This document shows positions 50,769-58,687 of a stretch of 64,000 nucleotides of DNA, in pieces. Source of the DNA: Bdellovibrio sp. (lineage in GTDB: Bacteria; Bdellovibrionota; Bdellovibrionia; Bdellovibrionales; Bdellovibrionaceae); the NCBI GenBank assembly GCA_046318155.1, contig JBKCUU010000019.1:24634-88633 (forward strand), in the 5' to 3' direction. The stretch's first letter is position 1. Each line of letters opens with the position of its first letter. A program made the position numbers and the translations under genes. Under the pieces are notes generated by a model, which saw nothing but the letters and a program-made list of their open reading frames with translations, did not search any database and was not told where the DNA came from.

Positions 50769-51206
50769 ATGAAATTAGTGTTTGCAATCATTATGTTGAT
50801 CGGTGCTTCTGCAATGGCTCAAGACAAGCTTGATGGCTGCGGGCTGGGCTGGCAAGTAACTGACAAGCGCACTTACACTGCAACATCAACTCGTGGCACT
50901 ACGAACTTTTTGGTTCCTCCAGCGTTCGGTATGACAACTGGTACTTTGGGCTGCGATAAGCTCGATGTCGGTTCTAACGATAAGGAAGCTGCTGATTACG
51001 TTGCTACAAACTTCGAAGTTTTGAAGTCTGAGTTGGCAAACGGCCGTGGTGAGTACGTTTCTGCTTTGGCAAAGACTATGAACTGCTCTTCTGCGGCTTT
51101 CGGCTCTCATATCCAGCAAAACTACGAAAAAGTTGTCGCTCCTGCTGCAACAGCTGCTGACCTTTACAAAGGTATCAAAGCTGAAACAAAAGAGCTTTGC
51201 ATCTAA
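50769..51206 (+). CDS. DUF3015-family secreted protein
   Basis: Signal peptide, GCGLG, TTN, FGMTTGTLGC, A.G.GEY..AL. Confidence 0.85.
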   Translation: MKLVFAIIMLIGASAMAQDKLDGCGLGWQVTDKRTYTATSTRGTTNFLVPPAFGMTTGTLGCDKLDVGSNDKEAADYVATNFEVLKSELANGRGEYVSALAKTMNCSSAAFGSHIQQNYEKVVAPAATAADLYKGIKAETKELCI

Positions 51207-51230
51207 TCCTTTCAAGTTAATTCAAACGAG

Positions 51231-51259
51231 AAAAGGCCAACAAATGTTGGCCTTTTTTT
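51231..51259 (+). terminator. Intrinsic terminator after the DUF3015 gene
   Basis: AAAAGGCCAACA-AA-TGTTGGCCTTTTTTT. Confidence 0.85.
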
Positions 51260-51312
51260 GTTCTTCGAACTTTGATTTAGAAGAAGTGTGCCGTCCAGCT
51301 CCGGCAGCCCGA

Positions 51313-52157
51313 CTGAGACCAGAGATACTCGACCGGATTGAGTTCTGGCGCATACGGAGGAAAGAACTCCGTTTCGATTCGGCGATGCTTTTCCAGCCAT
51401 CGATTGACGACTTTGGATCGGTGAGCGACAAGCCTATCCCAAACAACAATGACATGGCCTCGGATGTTTTGGAGAAGTTGATTCAGAAATTGTATAAAAA
51501 CTTGGGAATTTGCGTTTTCCCCCTCGAGAAGCCGAAACATCAGGCGTGGTCTTTTCCCCGTATAGCGCACGGTCACTGCGCCAATCGCAGAAATCTTTTT
51601 GTGGGACCTGGTTTTGTGACTGATTTTTGGTGTCTTCCCAGCAAGTGCCCATGTCCGTTTGACAACTGGGGACATCAAGATCCCGCTTTCGTCTACGAAG
51701 ACGATGGTGGCTTTCTGCCTGCGGGCTTTTTTTTAATCCGCGTCCATTCGTAGCGGATCCAGCTTTTTATCTGCCTCTGATCTTTCTCCGCAGCCTCTCG
51801 TTGTGGGCGCTGAGGCGTAAAACCCAAGCTACGCAAGAGTTTCGGGAGATGATTGGCGTGATAGTCGATATCAAATTCACGTTTGATCACCTGCAGAACT
51901 CTTTTCGATGTCCAAAGTTCGTTCGGAAAGCCCGCCTTCATGGGCCCGCGTAAAATGATCTTCTGGAGCTTCTTCAAATCCCGAAACTCGAGTTTTTTTG
52001 GTCGCCCCGTTGAGACCTTGACGGCAAGCCCCCTGGCTCCGCTTTTCCGGTATGCCGCCAGCCATTTTCGAACTGTGCGATCATGAATTTTCAGTCGCCG
52101 AGCTGTCTCGGCTGCCGTGAGACCCTCGTTCTCGATCAGATCCATTGCCTCTTGTCG
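51313..52157 (-). mobile_element. IS630-family transposase fragment (HTH ORF and DDE ORF joined by a -1 frameshift), both ends missing
   Basis: TVRKWL, TGRPKKL, WTSKRV; A8G site at 51727-51734; VFVDESG, VWDRL, PPYAPELNPVEYLW; no terminal inverted repeats seen. Confidence 0.88.
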
Positions 52158-52525
52158 ATGACTCCAGCAGCCCACCTTACGACGCAGCCTCCGTTTGGAC
52201 TGCACTAGTTGGAACAGACTCGGATAAATCGATTAAAACCGAACATGTTGAAATTACCTGTAAAACGTTACTCACCCAACCTCAGCAAGACCGCTTTGGT
52301 GGTTGCAAGATGACCTTGGCTAATGTTCGAGATTTAAGCAACTCTTATGGAGTTTTGGCATCAGGTACTGAAGCTAAAGAAATCTTACAGTTGTTTGTTG
52401 GAAGCGAAAACCCGGACTTCGGGAGAGATGTAAATTTAGAGTTAGCTGGACGAAAGCTCTGGGTGACTGCAAGTCATACCCGAGGCACTTTTGCAGTTCG
52501 AATTTCCAAGTCGTTAGTTCGCTGA
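52150..52525 (+). pseudogene. 3' remnant of a hypothetical gene fused to the IS630 fragment
   Basis: Open frame of about 125 codons that begins at the IS junction with no RBS or signal peptide. Confidence 0.45.
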
Positions 52526-52560
52526 AAACTAACACCTCATTGGCTCCTGGCGAATTCCAT

Positions 52561-52896
52561 TCATCCCACGGCTTTTTTCCCAAGCTTTCGCACTACCATC
52601 TCGACGGCTTTTTCGTCTAACAGTTGATCCGTGGCGTATTTGTGCAACACGCTCCCGATCAGCGTTTGATAGGGAATGCCCTCTTGCTGTGCCTTTTGCC
52701 GAATTTTTTCTACGTCGTCGTGATTCAGGCGCAGGTTCACTCGTGCCTCTTTGCTTTGGGCTCGGGCCGCGTCAACCATTTCCGACTCCAGCTTGCGAAG
52801 CTTTGTGCCAGAGACAGGGGTCCATTCGCCGCGTTCGATCTCAGCCTCAAGTCGGCGCTCTTCCGCGCTCAGTTTAGCGTTAGTCTTCTTCTTCAT
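52561..52896 (-). CDS. CopG/BrnA-type RHH antitoxin
   Basis: KEARVNLRL...D...IRQKA..EGIPYQTLIGSVLHKY; ATGA overlap with the toxin remnant. Confidence 0.85.
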   Translation of the reverse strand: MKKKTNAKLSAEERRLEAEIERGEWTPVSGTKLRKLESEMVDAARAQSKEARVNLRLNHDDVEKIRQKAQQEGIPYQTLIGSVLHKYATDQLLDEKAVEMVVRKLGKKAVG

Positions 52897-53101
52897 TTCT
52901 TGCCTCCGTATCGTTTCTGGTAAGCCCTGGACGGGTACACCGTGAACAGGAAAAATAGGTCCGTCGTTTCTTTGAAGGGCACTGCGTGGGCATAGCCGTC
53001 GATCATCACGATCAGGATTTTTTGATCGGGATAGCTGGGGTTGCTCAAGACATCACGAAAGCCGCCATTCCCCAGAGCTTCCAGACCCACGATTTCATCA
53101 T
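52893..53101 (-). pseudogene. BrnT-like toxin, apparently internally deleted and frameshifted
   Basis: The start MMKSWVW runs into a stop at 53045. The toxin body EALGNGG...YPDQKILIV..DGYA..VPF...TVYPSR is in another frame from about 53081. Confidence 0.7.
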
Positions 53102-53105
53102 CTTT

Positions 53106-53134
53106 AGTGTATGACAACGTACACATTTTGTCAA
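53106..53134 (-). promoter_or_regulatory. Sigma70 promoter with overlapping inverted repeats (TA locus 1)
   Basis: TTGACA-17 bp-TACACT; inverted repeats TGACAA/TTGTCA and GTGTA/TACAC. Confidence 0.75.
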
Positions 53135-53459
53135 CATTTGTAACCGGAGGTGCCCGACCCCGAAATGCTCGGCTAGCCGTTCGTAGCGCCACTTCTCAAC
53201 CCAGCGCAAACGCGCCATCTAGGCACCCAGATGGAAAGAAAGAAAATGTACTTGAAGTGCCCCACTGGATATTTCGTTGAGCTCAAAGGGTATAAGTAGT
53301 CCCAAAACACTGGTTATCGACCACCGACCTCGCCTGAAAGGCAGCCGGCAAAAACTATCATATTGCTGACCGCAGGCTCGGCTGCCGTGAGCCCCTCGGG
53401 CGGAGAGGGCTTGATAGTAGGCGAACTCCAAGTAGTTATACTTGATTTGGAGCCCTAAA

Positions 53460-53687
53460 CTAAGCAATTTCTTTCTCTAAGCGCTCGGCGATCCAGATTT
53501 TCAATAAAGTCTGATAGCCAATGTCACCTTTCTTGCGAGCGACCTTGCGAAGCTTAGCAACCATCTCCATTGGCAAACGAATACTCGTAGAAATTCCTGA
53601 AGATTTTTTTTCGGGAGTAACTTCCACAGCGTTGTCATCGTCCCACTCTTTTGCATTGTACTTATAATTCTTTGTTTTCTTTTTCAT
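53460..53687 (-). CDS. CopG/BrnA-type antitoxin
   Basis: TSIRLP....KLRKVA...IGYQTLLKIWIAERL; ATGA overlap with the toxin. Confidence 0.85.
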   Translation of the reverse strand: MKKKTKNYKYNAKEWDDDNAVEVTPEKKSSGISTSIRLPMEMVAKLRKVARKKGDIGYQTLLKIWIAERLEKEIA

Positions 53688-53944
53688 ATATCCCATCCTG
53701 TAATGATTCTGGCCATTGAGGCGCCCATATCTTCAAAAATAAGTCTGAGTCTTCGGCCTTGGTTTGTTCGGCCATCAATTCGAAAGCGTTTAGGCCCGTG
53801 CTTCTTTTTATTAGGAGTAATGACGTAGCGATTGAAGAAGACTTCCTCGGCTTCATCAGAGGCTATGTGGTGCCTTGCCAAATGCTCTTCGTTATCATCA
53901 TCCCAAATAAAGAAATACCAGCGTTTACCCTGAAGACCAGTCAT
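53684..53944 (-). CDS. BrnT-family toxin
   Basis: FIWDDDNEEHLARHHI...EAEEVF, GRT..GRRL..IF, ARIITG. Confidence 0.85.
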   Translation of the reverse strand: MTGLQGKRWYFFIWDDDNEEHLARHHIASDEAEEVFFNRYVITPNKKKHGPKRFRIDGRTNQGRRLRLIFEDMGASMARIITGWDI

Positions 53945-53949
53945 TCCTT

Positions 53950-53978
53950 AATGTAGCTATTTTGTAGCTACATGTCAA
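53950..53978 (-). promoter_or_regulatory. Sigma70 promoter with palindromic operator (TA locus 2)
   Basis: TTGACA-17 bp-TACATT; perfect ATGTAGCTA-N5-TAGCTACAT at 53951-53973. Confidence 0.8.
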
Positions 53979-54144
53979 GGAGGGTTTATTTAATCGAATG
54001 TCTTCGAGGCGAAGAGATGCCGGGGCTCCGATTGGTGAAATCGGGTGGCTCCGATTCATGAAATTGCCTGGCTCCGTTCGACGAAATCGGCCAGTTAAAA
54101 TCATATCCTACAGCTTATTCAATAATAGGACCGATTATTGCGCC

Positions 54145-55656
54145 CTAGCGGTAAACGACCTCGACGATACAGGTTCCTTTGCCTTCGACCACTGTTTTAC
54201 CATCTTTCCCTTTTTTTAGAGGTCGAAGGTCAACGAGCTCAAAGGAGGAATTCTCGCTGCTAAGCACGATTTTTTGGGGTGTCGCCGCAACTATTTTAAA
54301 TGCGTCCCCTTGGTCCTGGCCATTAACGCTGATGTATTCATTTTCGTTCCCGATGAAAACTTGTCCTTTATTGTTCCGTAAAAGTGCCCGCCTTAGGGCG
54401 AAGATATCGCGGGTTTTGAGCCAAATGGATTTTAGTTCATCTTCGGTAATATTTATGTTTCTGGTCAGGCCGACGGAGGCATTTTTTTTGGTGGCGGCGA
54501 TTTTAAAGGTTCTTCCGCCCTTAGTGGTGAGTGCAGCTACTCCCGAGCCTTCCGGAATCCTGGAAAATTGGGGGTCCTTAAATCCAGTGATAAACCAATT
54601 TACGGTCAGCTTATCTTGCGCCGATTCGCAGCGGAACATCACTTCCTTGAGCTGGGCAAAGAGCCAGGAAGGAGCGGAGGATTCCAATTCTTCTATTTCT
54701 AAAATATCGCCAGGCGGATTGGCATTACCAAGATAGTTCGCGGCGTATATGGTCTGGCTAAGTATTTTTGCCTTGGACTCTTCGATCCAGTTCACATAAC
54801 GGCTGATATCGATATAAGCGGTGGAGATAGCCCGGCAAGGCAAGCTGGATTTGATCCCAGCTAAATGAGATGCCACGCCCATTTGGATTTTTCTCCCGCC
54901 AATTTCCGCAAATATCGGGCCGCCCGAATCGCCAAAGCAGGAGGATCCAACACTTGTCGACTCAGCCAAAATCTTGCCAAATTTTACTTGAACGTCCACA
55001 TCCCCGATCTTCCGGACAACCTTGGTCTGGCGAGTCATCAATATTCCAGAATATCCATCTTCCGCAATATTGCTCGATTCAGTTAATTCGGCGACCGGAC
55101 GATTCAATCCATATCCCGATGAATGCCAACTGGAAGCCGCTTCCAACCGTTCCTCCTTCCCAGGCAGTAGAACTGCCCTTGCGCCGCGTGGGATCGGCCC
55201 GTTCAGGAGGAGAAGTGCGAGATCATTATCAGTGCTTGTACTATTACTGAGAGAATTCATTATTGGCTGATCGCACGGCTCGTAAGGGCACAAGTTTAAC
55301 GATGAAAATTTATAGTAGTTTTCGTGAATAAAAATTTTTCCTACGGTTCGAGCCGGGGCCTCGGGATTGCGCGCGTCCACGCCAAAAACCACCTCGAGGT
55401 TTCCCGGTTTAGCGGCAGCGCCGCTATCGTACACACAATGGGCGGCGGTAAGTATCACATTGGTACCTATGATGCTGCCCGAGCAAAACACCTTTTTTGT
55501 ATCCTTGGCTCTCAATGCCACGACCTGCGACGCCAGTTCCGAACCAGGTTTTTCTGTATAGCCGCCGATCATTGCGGGATTGCGGTCGGAACTAACCGGA
55601 AGTGGGGAGCAGCCATACATGACCAGCGGAAGTAATCCTAATAAGAGCTTATTCAC
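54145..55656 (-). CDS. Trypsin-like (S1) serine protease lipoprotein with an extra C-terminal domain
   Basis: LTAAHC, NDLALL, GDSGGP triad; MNKLLLGLLPLVMYGC signal from the GTG at 55656 (start uncertain). Confidence 0.88.
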   Translation of the reverse strand: MNKLLLGLLPLVMYGCSPLPVSSDRNPAMIGGYTEKPGSELASQVVALRAKDTKKVFCSGSIIGTNVILTAAHCVYDSGAAAKPGNLEVVFGVDARNPEAPARTVGKIFIHENYYKFSSLNLCPYEPCDQPIMNSLSNSTSTDNDLALLLLNGPIPRGARAVLLPGKEERLEAASSWHSSGYGLNRPVAELTESSNIAEDGYSGILMTRQTKVVRKIGDVDVQVKFGKILAESTSVGSSCFGDSGGPIFAEIGGRKIQMGVASHLAGIKSSLPCRAISTAYIDISRYVNWIEESKAKILSQTIYAANYLGNANPPGDILEIEELESSAPSWLFAQLKEVMFRCESAQDKLTVNWFITGFKDPQFSRIPEGSGVAALTTKGGRTFKIAATKKNASVGLTRNINITEDELKSIWLKTRDIFALRRALLRNNKGQVFIGNENEYISVNGQDQGDAFKIVAATPQKIVLSSENSSFELVDLRPLKKGKDGKTVVEGKGTCIVEVVYR

Positions 55657-55718
55657 TTTAGATTTCTTCTTTACAAATACTAATCTAGACGCCATTGCCC
55701 GCCCGTTATCTGCATCAT

Positions 55719-55730
55719 GGGGGGGGGGGG
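55719..55730. repeat. G12 homopolymer tract
   Basis: Twelve consecutive G in the intergenic region between the protease and VOC genes. Confidence 0.9.
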
Positions 55731-55779
55731 ATTCTAGTTTTGCGCGATCCAAAACCCAATCGTTGTGCGGCCCGCCTGT

Positions 55780-56167
55780 ATGAAGCTCGATTATACCATA
55801 TTGTATGTTAAAAATGTTTCGAAGACCTTAAGCTTTTTGTTAAAGCTTTTGGATTAGAAAAAAATTTCTGCATGAGTCAGGTGATTACGGCGAGCTAAGT
55901 ACCGGCGAGACCACCTTAGCTTTCGCAAGCTTTGAGTTAGCCGAGTCTAACGGTGTTGGCTTTGGGAGAGAGAAAAGCTCTCGCCCATGCAGTGAAATGG
56001 AAGTTGCCCTTGTTACCAAAGATGTTGAGGGAGCTTTTCAGCGAGCAATTTCGGAAGGTGCTGTAAAAGTAGTTTCTCCAGTCATTAAGCCCTGGGGGCA
56101 AACTGTTGCTTATGTTAGAGAGCCAGATGGATTCCTAGTTGAGATTTGTTCACCAATTGAAGGATAG
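55780..56167 (+). pseudogene. VOC/glyoxalase-family gene with two single-base frameshifts (absent from the ORF track)
   Basis: MKLDYTILYVKNV..., KAFGLE, FLHESGDYGELSTGETTLAF...KPWGQTVAYVREPDGFLVEICS; shifts at T5 55834-55838 and A7 55858-55864. Confidence 0.85.
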
Positions 56168-56487
56168 GTTTTCCTCGCTTCGATTTGAATCTAAGTCTGT
56201 TATTTCAACTAGAGCCGAAACTTCGCTGACAGATTGATTTGTAATACTAATTTTCAATTTTTCATCGGCGAACACTGGAAAGATATACGGCATCGCGGCG
56301 TTGCAAAATCAGATTTGAGTAAGCAATCAATTGCTTCAGATGGATCCCCCTCGCATATTTTGGGGTTTTCAGAAAATTTTCATTTTGCTCTCTGCACTAG
56401 AGATCAAGACAGTTGGTCATTTTTATGTTGAGCTCGTTTTTCTTTGCTCGTATCTTCAAAATTCGAACACGAAGATTTGAGGTTTTT

Positions 56488-57036
56488 ATGGCTCGATATT
56501 TTCTGATCTTCTCATTTTTTTTGTATTTTTATATGGCAATGCCTGCCTCGGCAGAGGCGTTATCGGTTAAAGACCTACATGGTCTCTACGAGTATAGCTG
56601 CTTCAATGGTTTTAATCATGTTTGCTCTAAAGAAACTTTACTTGCTCGTGAACAAATGAGTATTAATATTTTTTCTCCAAGTCCATGCGGCAATGACAAG
56701 GCGATTGTTTTTTCAAATGGGCATTATTTTTTTAGCACAACTACCGGTGCTGGATTGAGTGAAGGACTTCTTTGTGCGAGATTGAATCTCTACTCAATCA
56801 GAGAGTACGAAGATAGGATTGAAGTTATTTTTGAAGCTTTGTTTCGATTGAACGAAGGGCCAAACTATCCTTTTATTAACAAATCTGTAAAAACGACGAT
56901 TGTAAAAGATTCGTCAGGGATATTCAGAGTCACTCAAAATTCTGGGTACTATTGCGCAAAAGAAATTCCTCCAAGTCGGTGCTATCAAGGGTTGGTCTCT
57001 TCAAATTCTAAGTTCTCTGCAGCTTGGAAGCGGTGA
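56488..57036 (+). CDS. Secreted Cys-containing hypothetical protein
   Basis: GAGG RBS; signal peptide ending ASA; six Cys; AT-rich. Confidence 0.65.
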   Translation: MARYFLIFSFFLYFYMAMPASAEALSVKDLHGLYEYSCFNGFNHVCSKETLLAREQMSINIFSPSPCGNDKAIVFSNGHYFFSTTTGAGLSEGLLCARLNLYSIREYEDRIEVIFEALFRLNEGPNYPFINKSVKTTIVKDSSGIFRVTQNSGYYCAKEIPPSRCYQGLVSSNSKFSAAWKR

Positions 57037-57235
57037 TCAAATTGTGCCTTGGGAATCAGTCTAAGTTTGATGGTCTGGTATCGTCGACAGAATCGTAAAA
57101 TCGTAGAAGCCTTAGGCCCCGTACAAAGTGGATGAGATTCTAGGCGGCGGGAATCTGGCGCGGAGGAATGTTTATCGGATTTCGAACAAGCAAGCGACGA
57201 AGCTCGTCATTTTGTTACGGGCTCTTAGAAGGGCC

Positions 57236-57350
57236 TTCGATCGGCAAGATAGCCAGGCCTGTAGGTTTCCACCGCCCGGTAAAGGAGCCCCGCTTCCGGA
57301 CGATGGCGTTGATATTTTGCGGTGAGAACTCTATTAACGGCTGCTGCCAT
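57236..57350 (-). mobile_element. IS91-family transposase N-terminal remnant
   Basis: YQRHRPEAGLLYRAVETY resembles the Y.RHRPE..LLY..V N-terminus of IS91/ISCR transposases; nothing homologous follows. Confidence 0.6.
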
Positions 57351-57420
57351 AATTTCAGAGCATGAGCCGCAATTTTCAAACCACAAAGAACACTCTTGAT
57401 TGATTTTACAAAAAGCCTGA

Positions 57421-57651
57421 GTCCCAAGGGTCTTTGCCTTTGATCTCATTCGAAAAACACACCTCTCATCGGAAGAGGGGTGGGGGCGCTTAAGAGCAAC
57501 TTGCACAATTGGAAAAACCAAATGGCAGACCGCAATTTGGTTCGACACAAAAGTTGGATCATACCTTTTGCCAATTAAGGTAGAAATCAGACGAAAAGAG
57601 TGTCTTAAGATTGATGAAGGCGCGGCATGTCAACCCAACCAATCAAGATGA
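57421..57651 (+). pseudogene. DUF1905-family fragment without a start (absent from the ORF track)
   Basis: EEGWGRLRATCTIGKTKWQTAIWFDTKVGSYLLPIKVEIRRKE; in-frame TGA at 57418 upstream. Confidence 0.65.
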
Positions 57652-57933
57652 CGAGACCTGCTTAAATCATCTCAAGAAGGTCACAAAAGTTTTAAAAAAA
57701 GAACCTCGTGTTCGGCTTTGTGTTCGCGATAAACTGGAAAAAATGGATACGAGCAAGTCTCCACCTGGCATCAGCGACACTTGGACCTTCACTTGCCCAG
57801 AACTTCGCAGTTCTGTGATGCCTTAAGTCCCGCCGAGATAATACGTGAGCAACCAGCCTTTTCCTTTCAACTCAAATTGGCCACATAACCACCGTTTTCA
57901 AATTGATTGTCACATCAACTTTTGCGCCGCCTT

Positions 57934-58206
57934 CTAGACATCAGAATTTTCCCCGAATGCGACCTTGTACTTGTCGCGAAGAAGAGCGGTCAGTGTCGCC
58001 ACGCTCAAGAAGTTGGCTTTAGTTAAATCTTTGAAGTCGAAGGTAATATCGAAAACTTCTTCACACTTAGTCACCAGTTGGATAACCGAGATGGAATCTA
58101 AAAATCCGTCGTCGAACAGATCGGTTGATTCATTCAGGGGACGGCGCTTGGGGTTTAAACCCACCCCCTCGATCAGTCGGGAAATTTCAGCAGTGCTAAA
58201 CATCAT
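57934..58206 (-). CDS. Acyl/aminoacyl carrier protein (DltC-like)
   Basis: DLFDDGFLDSISVIQLV phosphopantetheine Ser; EEVFDI; NFLSV. Confidence 0.88.
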   Translation of the reverse strand: MMFSTAEISRLIEGVGLNPKRRPLNESTDLFDDGFLDSISVIQLVTKCEEVFDITFDFKDLTKANFLSVATLTALLRDKYKVAFGENSDV

Positions 58207-58687
58207 CGTCTGCGTCCTCTACCATCTTCGCTAGTCCACCTAAAGCAATGTGACTTGAGATATTGCGCCGTAACTGCAATAATTCCTCATGATTACGGAC
58301 CCGGCTAGCCCAAATATTTAGATTTACCAAAAAATCATCTACCTTATTGAAAATAGCCCTACGTTCGCTCGCCAGAAACTCAACGGTCTTGGGCGGATCG
58401 TCGGAATCAGACGCGATTTCGGACCAGATTGGCTCATCGAATATTGTGTCGATCTTGGCGCGCATCAGTTGCGCGTGCACGTTCATGGCGAAAACGAAAT
58501 CGACTAACCCCACAATCCAACTGTCAGGGGAAGCGACCACTGTCGTCAAAGGTGGCCCGCTCATGCGGGACCAGCTTACCCCAGGCAGTTGGATCATGGG
58601 ATCGCCCTTAAAAATGGCCGACTTAACGGCGATGATTTCGCCGGAAGAATCATTTTTAAACTGAAAATAAGATTTAACGCCGGACAT
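58196..58687 (-). CDS. Hypothetical protein
   Basis: 163-aa ORF overlapping both neighbours (14 and 11 bp). Confidence 0.7.
   Translation of the reverse strand: MSGVKSYFQFKNDSSGEIIAVKSAIFKGDPMIQLPGVSWSRMSGPPLTTVVASPDSWIVGLVDFVFAMNVHAQLMRAKIDTIFDEPIWSEIASDSDDPPKTVEFLASERRAIFNKVDDFLVNLNIWASRVRNHEELLQLRRNISSHIALGGLAKMVEDADDDV

Noticed and set aside
53102..53192. Upstream start for the first toxin (99-aa ORF)
   Set aside because: The extension runs through the promoter and operator and lacks BrnT N-terminal motifs.
53219..53467. 82-aa ORF between the two TA loci
   Set aside because: No RBS or motifs; probably spacer or decayed sequence.
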